Positions 38,027 to 48,818 of a stretch of DNA of 48,818 bases are shown here, one piece after another. A program made the position numbers and the translations under genes. Below the pieces are notes generated by a model. It was not told the origin of the DNA. It was given only the letters and a program-made list of their open reading frames with translations, and made no database searches. The first letter of the stretch is position 1. Each line of letters opens with the position of its first letter. This DNA is from Geosiphon pyriformis uo1 (Eukaryota > Fungi > Glomeromycota): positions 1 through 48,818 of the forward strand of contig JAAOMT010000611.1 in NCBI GenBank assembly GCA_016748015.1. The letters run 5' to 3'.

Positions 38027-39295
38027 AAAATTTTTTATTGTATTCTTCGAATAATACCTTTCATCTTCGTCCTAATTACAATAGCCTGACAACAGTCTTC
38101 ATTTATACTTCTAACTCCTTTTCATAAATGTTCATTGAGAATATAATATAAAATTTTTGGAATTCTTTGAATTGTTTGCACCCTTCGTAAATGATAGTTA
38201 AATGTTGCCCACTCGATGTGCCTTTTTCAAATGATTAGATAAAAGAATGAATTGTAGATTTTCTATGCTCGCTTGATCCATGAAAATGATCATGTCCCAC
38301 ACTTTTACCAGAGTTCATTATTATTATTAGATTGGAAACATTCTGATTCTGAAATCTGTATTGGGTCATTTAATAATTGTGAAGATTGTATTAATCGTTC
38401 GAACCTAGAGTAACAATTAGAAGAAACGAATATGATTGCTTTTCCATGCTAGCCATATTTTGATGTTATTATTTTCAATAAAAATGCCAAATTATCATGT
38501 TTCCGATCGGCTACAAAAATTATGTTTCAGAGGCTCAAAAAAAATATTAATATTCGTGGAAGAAACGGTACATTTATAATAATTATAATTGGATATACAC
38601 GTGGGAACTTTATTTTCATTATTTAACCGGGAAATAAAGTTTTAATAATTAATTATTGCACAAGATTTTAAGATACTCGCAAATCGGTAACTCCACACAA
38701 GTGTTGACTCTTTCGATCAGCTTCCTTTTATCACGCTTAAAGATAATGGTTCACTTCAAAGCTTCAAATTTTTGGCCGAGAAAAAAATAGGAATTCTTTG
38801 GAAAGAACATATTTCAAAAGTGACAAAAAGAAAGATTAAAAAGGGCTGTTGAATCTGAATTTGATATTGGTTATTGGGCACAATATCCTAAACCTTTTCA
38901 AAACAAGGTATTCTAATAAAGGTTATATTCTTTTTTAAAATAATTTTCTTCAAAATTTTGAATAATTCATTAGTTATTAAGTTAATAAAAACACATTTTA
39001 AAAATTGTATTGTAATTATTAAAATTTAACAATTTTCAAGAAACTTGTTTTGATGCTTTCGTAAAATAAACATCCTTGAATTCATTCGCTTCAAAATTTA
39101 ATTCGAGTTTTTTGTAATAAGAATTATTTCATTCATAATTTGCACATTAATACTGGAAAATATTTTTTATTACGTCACAAAAATATAATCTAGAAACAGC
39201 AATCAGTGATACTGTATCTTTGAAAAGTTTTCCCGATAAGAAAATAGATGATCCTTAAATATTGTTAAGTTTATCGATTCTTGTTTGATCGAGCT

Positions 39296-40794
39296 ATGGC
39301 TAATTTTTCAGTTAAAGCCTTTTATTCCATCTTTTTAATTTTCATATTTCAATTTTTTTTTCAAATAAGCCATGATGTTGAATTGCGAAATATTTTTTCT
39401 CGGCCCTTCTTAACTCAAAAATACAAGCACCACCAATTCTTTCACTTTCTACTTTCAGTGACAGGATCTCAAAATGATAGGGCTGATTTTCTCTTGAGGA
39501 GAGCGACATCTCAGTATCCTAAAAAAAGGGCATATAACATTAGCCATAAAGAGGAACTGATAAAATTAGCAATGACAGCTATATATACTAATGCAGCTTA
39601 CTGTGATCCCCATAATCAAATTGGAAAGTTGGTAGAAAATGGGAATAAAGTTACTGGTACAACATGATATTCAGTCTTTTTCATATTTAATTCAGCCATT
39701 TTCCAAAATGGAAGATTAAGAAAATTTTTTTTTATTTAAAAGCTGATGTAGGAGTAGATGAACGAGGTCGTGTAATGGTTGCATATTTTAAAGGTCCTCA
39801 GTTAACAAAAGCAAAATGGATAACCAGAAGAAGCCAACTTGTACCATATCGTGTACAAGGAATGGTGACAAACGCGTTAGTTAAAGTGGATCAAGAATGG
39901 TTTACGGATGTGTCAACTATGATGAATGCATTAGTAGAAAAAATAAATGATAAGATAAAAAGAACTAGGAAAATTTTTTTTTGTGGACATGGCGTTGGTG
40001 GTGGTAAGGGAAATTTTGAGATTTTTTGATGAGCAATAAAAGGTTGTGATAATGGATAGAGGGTTGTGATAATGAGTATGGGTGGTTTTGATGATTGAAT
40101 CTGAAAAAAAATTCCATTAATGTTAAATAATAATGTAATGTCAATTTTTACACAATTCAAAAAAACTCCCCTCCCCCCCCCCAAATAGCTTATGCAGCAA
40201 TAGCAGGTTTATCATTTGCAATTATGAAACTTCTCCAACCATCATCATCATCTGTCGATCCAATTGATCTTTCAATTTATACTTTCGGTCAACCAAGAAT
40301 CGGAAACACAATGTTTGCTAGAATGATGAATGAATTTGTAAAGATTACAAGAATAACTCGTCTAAATGATTACGTTCCACACTTTCCTCCAGTTGAAAGT
40401 GAGCAATCAATTATGCTACATCATGAAAGAGAAATATGGATTGGACCAAAAGATTGTGATTGTACTCGAGATACACTTATATATAATGACGACGTTATAT
40501 GGGATTGCGGAGAATCAAAAAAAAATTTTGAATTAAATCTAGTCCGAATGAATCAATTTATTCAAGAAAAGTTTTGGACTCCTGGTGATATCTTTGCGGG
40601 GGAGAGTCAGGTTAGTTGAAAATAATAATTCTTTTCAAAATTCATGAATTCAAACAAATCTTTTAAATTTATTGAATTAATCAAAAATTTAGGAATGTAA
40701 TTCTGGACAATCGATCTCAGAGGAAAACACAAATAGAGAACATTATGGTCCTTATTTTGGTGTCATAATGAATGATTGTACTGGATATATATAA
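39296..40794 (+). CDS. Secreted class-3 lipase-fold protein C, nucleophile Ser replaced (GHGVG); exons approx. 39296-39656, 39743-40003, 40189-40610, 40693-40794
   Basis: Signal-peptide-like N-terminus. Motifs are YTNAAYC, VMVAYFKG, FCGHGVGG|AYAAIAG, YTFGQPRIGN, RITRLNDYVPHFP, HHEREIWI and HYGPYFG. Introns are in phase. Confidence 0.9.
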
Positions 40795-41894
40795 ATATTA
40801 CTATTTAAGAATACAATTATGAAATAATATTTTCTAATTGGTCTGCAAACTAAAAATTGTGTTTCTTATCATCAATTAGTTTTTTCTTCGTTTGTCCCAA
40901 TTGAAAGTTTGTAAATTGAAGAGAAAAATTAAATTTGAAAAGGTAGAAGAATTTTCACCAATTTTTATATATAATGATAACATCAAGAATCTGATTAAAA
41001 GTTTACCTTCAATAAATCCAATTAATAATGATAAATTATTTCTTTAACATCAATTAGGAAGAATTTAATGAACAAATCATAAAAAAAAAATGAGGCTATA
41101 TTACTGATTTCTTCAAAAGTGTTGCAATTGAGCAAGCAGGACAAGAAAAGTATGAGGGAGGAAATTGAGATTTCATTAGTTCAACGGGAGTCGAACTTGG
41201 GTTCATGAATTTTTTTGCGAAAAGCGATAATACAAAAAGATTGACAAGTGATTTCAAAATTATTTCAGATATGCTGAAAGAACTCAAAAACTCAACTACT
41301 TTGGAAAGTGTAGAGCTGAAATAGCCTGTCATATTCTTTATTCTTACCCTCCCTGTTTTTTTTGATTATTTTATTTTGCTTTTATCATTAAAATTCTTTT
41401 ATTTCTTTGATGCTTAACGGTTTAATCAGCAACCTAATCTCTTCCTTGGTAAAGCGTTATTTGTCACCAACTTGCAATGAAGAAAAAGAGGAGTAAAATA
41501 TCCTTTGGAAAAAAGAACAAGAGAAAAAACAAGACGACTGGTCAAAATAAATATGTCAAAGGCAAAATCAATAAACTGAATATTTTCTATTAGGGCCAAT
41601 TGATTTAGATAAAATATGATTATATCTCCTAATATTACTGTCATTCTCTGCACTAGTACAAGTTGCTCCAAAAGGTTTTAGTAATTAGATATATGATTGT
41701 AGACTTTGGCTCCACAATTGTAATTTAAAAATAATATCAATCACCAAAGATATATCAAAAAATGCTCATTCTAAAAAATGTCAAAATAAGAAATCTAAAT
41801 CAATTTCAGTTTCTGGATCTGAAAAACTTTTTCAGGTTTTTCTTCTAATTAAAACTCAATCAACCAACCAATAATTTTTTAAAATTTAAGAGTC

Positions 41895-42070
41895 CTTACT
41901 ATTTTATTATCTAATTCTAAGAATATTATTCAAAGTTATAAGAAAAAAGGGGGTAAAATGACGAAGTATGGTATTGTGGCAAAGTTAATAATTTGTGTTG
42001 AATTGTAATAAATGAGTATAAAAAATAGCATATTTTTATGCATTTTATTCTCTTATACAAATTTATTATA
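41895..42070 (+). repeat. Dispersed repeat copy 2 (similar to ~12060-12260), at the start of an AT-rich relic block
   Basis: See 12060-12260. Confidence 0.6.
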
Positions 42071-43874
42071 ACTAAAATAGATTAAATATTGCTCTTAAAC
42101 ATGTTTTTTTATTTCAGATAATTTTTTTAAACAAAAAATATTTAATAGTTTTATAAATATTATTAATACAAACGATTAATATTCTTTTTAAAAAGACAAT
42201 AAATTGGACATGATAACTGAAATTATACTGTTTGACTGTTTAATTGTTATTATTAATATAGTATAACTACAGCTAAGATTTTTATTTTAATAAAAAGTTA
42301 AAGAAGTTATGAATAAGATTAATATTTAAAAAAAGTGACATCTGTTTAAAAAAATCATTGAAATTAGTAATAAACAAAAGGCTTTTTGTAAAAACTATGC
42401 ACAGCAAATATTATATGCTTTAAATTTCTATATTTTGTTAAGATATTATAAATTATAATTTAATTGCTTTATTTTATACATTTTTATCACATGTTTGTTT
42501 ATTAAAACCAAAATAATATTGCTTATTAATAATATAAATTTATTAAAAATAATGCACAAAAACATACTGTAAAAATTTATTAAACAAAAAAAATTTAATT
42601 TCAATTTTTACAAAACTTATACAAATTCTAATAATATTGTTTACTTTATTTAAATTTATTTATTTATATATAAGCTTAAAAAAGTGTCTACTTTTTAAAA
42701 GTCATTTAATTTTTTAATTCTGATATTTTTGCTTATACTATGTTTTTATTAAATTTTTTTTTGTTAATTGTTATTTTTTGTTTTATTAATATTTTCTTAT
42801 TTTTATTGAATGTTCTAAATTGGTCATTTTTTGTGTGTTTCTTAATTCAGTAATTTTATTGTTATAACTTGTTCTTAAATTTTTATAATTAATGCTATCA
42901 GTTTTGTATTTATTAATGTTTTGAATTTAGCTTTTTTTTCAATACTAGTTTTTTACTAATATTATTATAACAACCCAACTATAAGCAAAAATGTTTTTCT
43001 TGATTAATATATTTATAAAATTAAAAAAAATCAATATTTGATAGTTTCGCTAAATATAGTCATTTTAGATAATTATTTTTTATTAAAAAAGCAAAACAAG
43101 TTATGATTTAGCATACAATTTTATAAAATAACTATGTAATTGTACTTGTTTTAAAGTTGAATTAATATCTTATATTTAATAAATAAAAATGTTTTATATT
43201 TCAAATTAAAATATAAATATTATAATTAATATTAAAAAAATAATAAATCTGATAATAATTATAATATTATTTTATTAATATTAAATTCTAAATATGATTA
43301 TTAAAAATAAAGTGTTTTTTTAACAAAAACTTTTAATATGTTTTATAAATAGCAAATGTAAAGTTTATTTTAAAAATTTAATTTGTATACAAATTTAAGT
43401 TTAAAACCATATAAATTATTTCAATTATTTTTATTTTAAATATTTAGTTATTAAAATATACTTAAAATTAACTATTAAAATAATAAAAATAACATTAAAA
43501 AAGTACTACCAATTTGCAGAAAAAACTATAATAAAAATTTTAACTCTATTTTATCTTATTTTTTAAATAGAAAGTAATACCACCAAGGAATAACATAATA
43601 TTTTCCTTTATTAACTACAAAGTAATTTTTATTTTAAAACACTGAATTTTATAATTTTATATACTTTATTTAAAATACATATAAAGTCCTAAATTTCAAT
43701 ATTTTTATTAGATATATTATGACCAAAATCTTAAAATATTTTTATTTGAAATTTTCTAAAAATTACCTATTTCAAATTAACAGTTTCATTTTTATGTTCA
43801 ATATTATTAATATGATTAACATATTACTTATTTTTTATGTTAAAATTAAAGATTTATAGAACTATAACATGAAT

Positions 43875-46715
43875 AAATACTATAAATATTAAACCTATTT
43901 ATAAATAACTACTCTTTTTATAAGCATTTTGGTTTTAAAATCATACTTTATTGTTTGTATTATATTTAAAATTATTTAAATTTACTTTAAACAACCAAAT
44001 CTCTATTTAGATTTTATTATTTATTATTTTATATTTTTAATTTAGATTAAGAAGCTTGAATAAATTATTTATTTTACAAAAAAACCACTTTAACGAAAAA
44101 TATTTTTTTTTATATAATAAAGTATTCAAAATGTGTAATTTTTATAAGAAAATCTATATAATTATGAGCTATTTTATTATAATTAAATATTAATATTACA
44201 CAATTATTTTAGTATAACCAAAAAATTAATTGTGAAAAATTTTACTGACTTTATGATGAAGCTTAGATAACAAACTTTATTTTTTCTAAAGAGATTTTAC
44301 AATTATTATGTAAAGTTATTATTTATAAATAATATTAAAATATAAACATCTGTATTACAAATTACCTAAAAACACCACTTTAACAAGACTGTAATAAAAT
44401 ATTATTTACAAAATTATTAAAAGTGGTTATATTATTATCTACAATTTTTAATATTTTAAATTTTTAATAATAGTTTTTTTTTTTCAAAAAAAAATAAGTT
44501 TAAATTTTTTTTAACTGCTCTAAATGCATGTAAATATTACAGCTTAGTAGATATTATTAAACTTGATATCATAGATTATGAGATTTATATAAAAAAAAGA
44601 TTGATTTTTAAAAAGACCAATTTAAAAAAAAGGTAAATTATATGAGAATTTGTAAAAATAACTGGTTTCTTGTTTGAGATTTTATTTACAGTAATCAATT
44701 TGCCAATAATTTATTTACATAAAAAATATTAGTATATATTGAATAAATTAAAAAGTTTTTAATTTTATTAAAATTTATTTTTTCAGCTCAAAAAATAATT
44801 ATAACATTTGAAATACAAAATGTTATCAATTAATATACCATTACATTAATTGTTCTATAAACAACTTTATTATTTCAAAACACAGTATTAGTATAATATA
44901 TATTATCTAATATTTTGATAAAATAATCTGATTTAAAGAAAGTAGTTGATATATTGTGTTGAATAACTGTTTTTATTACTTTCTTCTTACATAAATTAAA
45001 AAGAACTGTTGCCAATTATTTGAAATTATATAAAATTATCGAAATAATTTATTATTATATATTATAATAAATGCAAAGCTTTAGTTTTTTTTGGTGTTTA
45101 TATAAGATAAACTAACTATTTAACTATTATTGAAGTAGTATTTAAGTACTTAATTTGCTTATTTAAGTTTTTTTATATTTTTTTATATTCTTCATTAAAT
45201 CTGTTGCTAAATGTTTAAAGTGTTAACAGATAAACATAAATATTATTACGAATCTTTATCTTATTTAGCATGAAAATTAAACTGCTTATTATTTTTATCA
45301 ACTCTTTATTAAAATAATAGTATAAGTTAGTTAAAGTTGCTAACAATATGCCAAATATTTTCTTAAGTGCTTTATATTATTTGCTTAGTAATTATCTTTT
45401 CTTTTTTTATTATTATGACATATAGTAATATTTTGTCAGAATTTCTAAAGCTATTGTTCACAGAAAGACCTAATTATAACTCAGTATTTTTACTATGATT
45501 GCAAAGTGTAACATCAGCAATGTTTACATTTTTCAATTTTTTTGAATGTCACTTCTTAATCTTTCTTATTAAATTATTGACATTTTTTGGATGCCCAATG
45601 TGAAAGTCACCCAAATTGAGAAAAAAGCTGATGAAAGCTTATGTTAAGCTTCTCAAAACTTATTTTTTCACAAATAATAATGAGTGGTTCCTCTATAGAA
45701 TAATATTAATAATATGTCTACTTTACCACCAGTTAGTTACATTTGCAACTGAGCATTTATTTGAGGTGTAACATTTTATCGAGTAGTAATATCTCTTACT
45801 TGTCTAAGAGTAGTGTCTTTTGCTCGTGCAATAGGTTTTTTGGACATTGTTTAGAAATATAATCTAATATTAGTCATCTGTTTTTTCTATTTATCCAAAT
45901 ATATATTGAATCTCAACTTTTTTCATTAAATTCTAGCAAATTCTTATAAATTTTTAATCTTAATAAGGTTTTGAATAGCATAAACAACATAATTTTCAAT
46001 GAAAAAATCTCTGTGTAATCATTTATCATAAACGTTTCAAAAATATAAAAGCTTTGTATAGCATAAGAATTAACAATGAGTATTCAATGCTTATATAAAA
46101 ATCAAATTATTCATAGAGATTTTGTAGGTTTTACACTTTGAGAATCTGATCTTGATCTTTCAAAAAATTTAAAGTTTAACCAATAAGGTGAAAAGTAATT
46201 TAAATTCAAAAACACTTGCAATATTTTGCAATAATTTCCCTTCCTCTACCACCAACTTTACTTAAATAGAAATATACTTAATTTTAATTAATTGGTCAGG
46301 TATAAATAAATTATTTTGACAATTACATTTCGAGTTTTAGCAGCAGATACAAAATAAAATTAGAGATTTGGACAACGGATTATTCAAACAGCCAAAAAAT
46401 GCCACAAAATTTTAGCAACTGCACTTCTAAATTAATCACATTACCCAGTAATTTAATAACTTTTTATTTAGTGAAATTATTTATTGTAATTAATCTTTAG
46501 CAAAGGATTTTATATAAAAGGAATGCTTCAAGCTCAATTACTAAATAGTTTGCTCATGCAAAAATTTATGATAAAAAGCAGTTGCCTGTATGCATCATTT
46601 TTTAATTTCATTACTGTACATGTTAAATGGAGTGAAATGTGTGGTGATATTTTCATATGTTGGGTATCCTCGAAAATCCTAGAGTCGTTGACGGACATCT
46701 TCAAAAATGTGACTC
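43875..46715 (-). repeat. Inverted duplication, copy B (partner ~15470-18390), heavily G:C->A:T mutated
   Basis: Its reverse complement aligns collinearly with copy A, with several short deletions. Confidence 0.9.
44375..45847 (-). pseudogene. Hypermutated relic of the CRN-like gene (paralog of 16362-18031)
   Basis: ATG at 45847 (atgtccaaaaaacctattgcacgagca, cf. 16362). Recognisable only by DNA alignment with copy A. Confidence 0.75.
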
Positions 46716-47914
46716 TTCTTGGTTTTATCCACTAGTTCGAAATTAATTATTTTATCAATTAATAGGAGGTGCGATTTATTCTTTGCGTACACATCGTTAT
46801 TTGCTTAACCTTTTGGGGCATAACAAAGTTTTCTTTTTTCACTTTATAATGAATGCTATAGCGAAATAAATCTGTTGGGGTTAGAAAACGAGATCAATTC
46901 TTTGAAAATTATTGAACAGCTTAACTTAAGAAATATGATTCAAAAAATGAATATAAGCTTAATACTGTCTAGCAAGTAATGCTTCATAAAACATTGTGTA
47001 TTCATAATCATTAATTAAAAGGATGATTAATTAGAAGAAGATTAATTGGAAAGATGAATAACTAAAAAAAATTATTAAAAATTAAGAGTAGAAAAGTGAT
47101 TAATTAAAATAATATTGACAACCAAAGTTAACAAAAACTGAGAATTGATGACATAAGCAAATTTTGTGAGTTAAATCTATATGGTTTCAATTATGTATAT
47201 AATTTTTCATTAGTTATTAATTATTATTAAATTTGTAAAAAATATATATTTTTTCCTTAGAGATGGCAAAGCTGGAAATTTCAAACTTAGCAAATTTGTT
47301 ATTAGAATTTTTTGTCAATTCAATTTTGATTGAATCTTTTTTTCTGTAATCTATCTAATGATTGTTTATGCAAAAAATGAACTATGACGCTTTAACTTTA
47401 AATAAAATTTATTCATACTGATAAATTATTACAAAAATACAATCATGTTTATAATGTTAAAAAATCTTATTAGGGTTCTAGTTTAAAGATAAACAATTTT
47501 AATATGAAAATTTTTTACAATTCTTGTAAATTTGTAGCTTATTAAAAATATTATTGTTAAACTACTTAATTGAAATTAATATTGAATAGAATCTTTATCA
47601 ATTATTAACGATAATAATGACAAAATTAAAAAATCAAATGCCTTCAATATCCTTGAATTGCTGTGATCACTTGTCAATTTTCATAAAGAATCCGGAAGCA
47701 TAAATATTATGTTTTTTATTTTTGAAACATTGCACGCAAGTTATACATTAAAGGGAAGAAACGGCTTGCAAAAATTGAATGGAATTCAAATCCTGCCAGT
47801 GATTTAAGAATTTTTTCAATGAATTCTGGCATAATAATACCCTTAATAAACAACAAGAGCAACACTTTCAATTCTGATAACTCATCACAAATTTCGGTTT
47901 TTTACTGAAATGCT

Positions 47915-48120
47915 CTATTAAAAGCAGTGAAACAAGGAAATGTAAATGTTCAATATAAACTTGGAGCTTCTTAGTATTATAAAGGGGATGGCATTAATAA
48001 AAACTTTGAGAAATGGTAATTAAAACAGCTGAAGGAAGGAAGAAACAAACAAACAAACATAGATGCGCAATATAAACTTAGATCCTACTATTATAATAGG
48101 GACGTCACACTAAAGAGTGA
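47915..48120 (+). pseudogene. Sel1-like repeat (SLR) gene remnant
   Basis: KAVKQGNVNVQYKLGAS*YYKGDGINKNFEKW* and DAQYKLRSYYYNRDV resemble the KAAEQG-x-x-x-AQYxLG-x-x-Y-x-x-GxG consensus; stops are present. Confidence 0.6.
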
Positions 48121-48818
48121 AAAGAGAGGAATGAGGAAATATACATCCGGAATGTTATTTTTAGATCATGCTATTATCGTTCAAAAGAAGCGATAAATAA
48201 CATTTGAATAAGTTATCACGCTGAAAAAAATCCAAAGAGTACAAACGAAAACGTCAATATCTAAATTTGGATGTTATTTTCAAACACTTAAAAAATTGCC
48301 TCATTTTTAATGCTTTTTAAGAGGTCTAAAAATAAATTGTAGATTATTGCCGTTGAAATTCTTTTGAATTCAATTTCAGTAAAAAATTATCTATTCTAAT
48401 TTTTACATCATAAAATCTAAAATATCTATCATATTGAGTTTTGCATTAAACTTTTATTTCAAAACTTTAAATACTTATATTATTTAGAAAATTTAATTCT
48501 AGAGTGTATCCCATTGATATGCCTATTGGTTGAGATTCAAAGCTAAATGTCATTTTAAAGTGTTTAGATCTCGTTAAATTTTATTCAAATCCGCGGCTTG
48601 TATAGTAATCATGTAAATTTAAGCTCTTGATGAAAAAATTCTCATATTTATTTGAGGATTTGCATTGATAATTAATTCAATCATATCATTATTTATGCTC
48701 AAAATATACAAGCTTTTATTTTGACGGATAAAAAATTTCATCCAAGAACAGTTATAGCAATTGATTTTCAATTTCAAGAATCAAAAGTTTGCATATTTAA
48801 TTTTAGAGACGATAAATT

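Larger units (their letters stand above)
34121..38340 (+). repeat. Tandem segmental duplication, copy 2 (intact gene pair)
   Basis: Partner of 25247-29220. Confidence 0.93.

Noticed and set aside
41090-41335. Coding-like stretch (YITDFFKSVAIEQAGQEKYEGGN*...) and antisense 78 aa ORF
   Set aside because: Contains a stop and has no recognisable family or splice structure; too weak to call.
15470-46715. Idea that the inverted copies are terminal inverted repeats of one giant ~31 kb element carrying the lipase cluster
   Set aside because: No transposase, recombinase or target-site duplication seen. The copies are gene-containing and very unequally decayed, so dispersed duplication is simpler.

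Overview
AT-rich, intron-containing fungal genomic DNA with three N-gaps. Gene content and style suggest Glomeromycotina/Mucoromycota, possibly Geosiphon-like; this is inference only. Supported genes are a Zn2Cys6 transcription factor with a probable GC-AG intron, an acidic orphan with an NLS-like tail, a DUF2470 gene next to a stand-alone TMEM254/DUF4499-like membrane-protein gene, and a gap-truncated LaeA/TAM-like SAM methyltransferase. The main hit is a cluster of three intact class-3-lipase-fold genes with N-terminal hydrophobic leaders, plus two pseudogenised copies from a ~4 kb tandem duplication. All three intact genes have Gly in place of the catalytic Ser (GFGIG, GYGEG, GHGVG) and share a Cys-x-Cys insert, so they look like a pseudo-lipase family. 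The second hit is a ~2.9 kb inverted duplication of a Crinkler (CRN)-like pseudogene. One copy carries a one-sided, graded G:C->A:T hypermutation in all dinucleotide contexts (RIP-like) and merges into AT-rich relic DNA. Also present are a REase-kinase CRN-like pseudogene, remnants of Tc1/mariner, LINE-type RNase H and Sel1 repeats, and many microsatellites. All exon structures and alignments were derived by eye.
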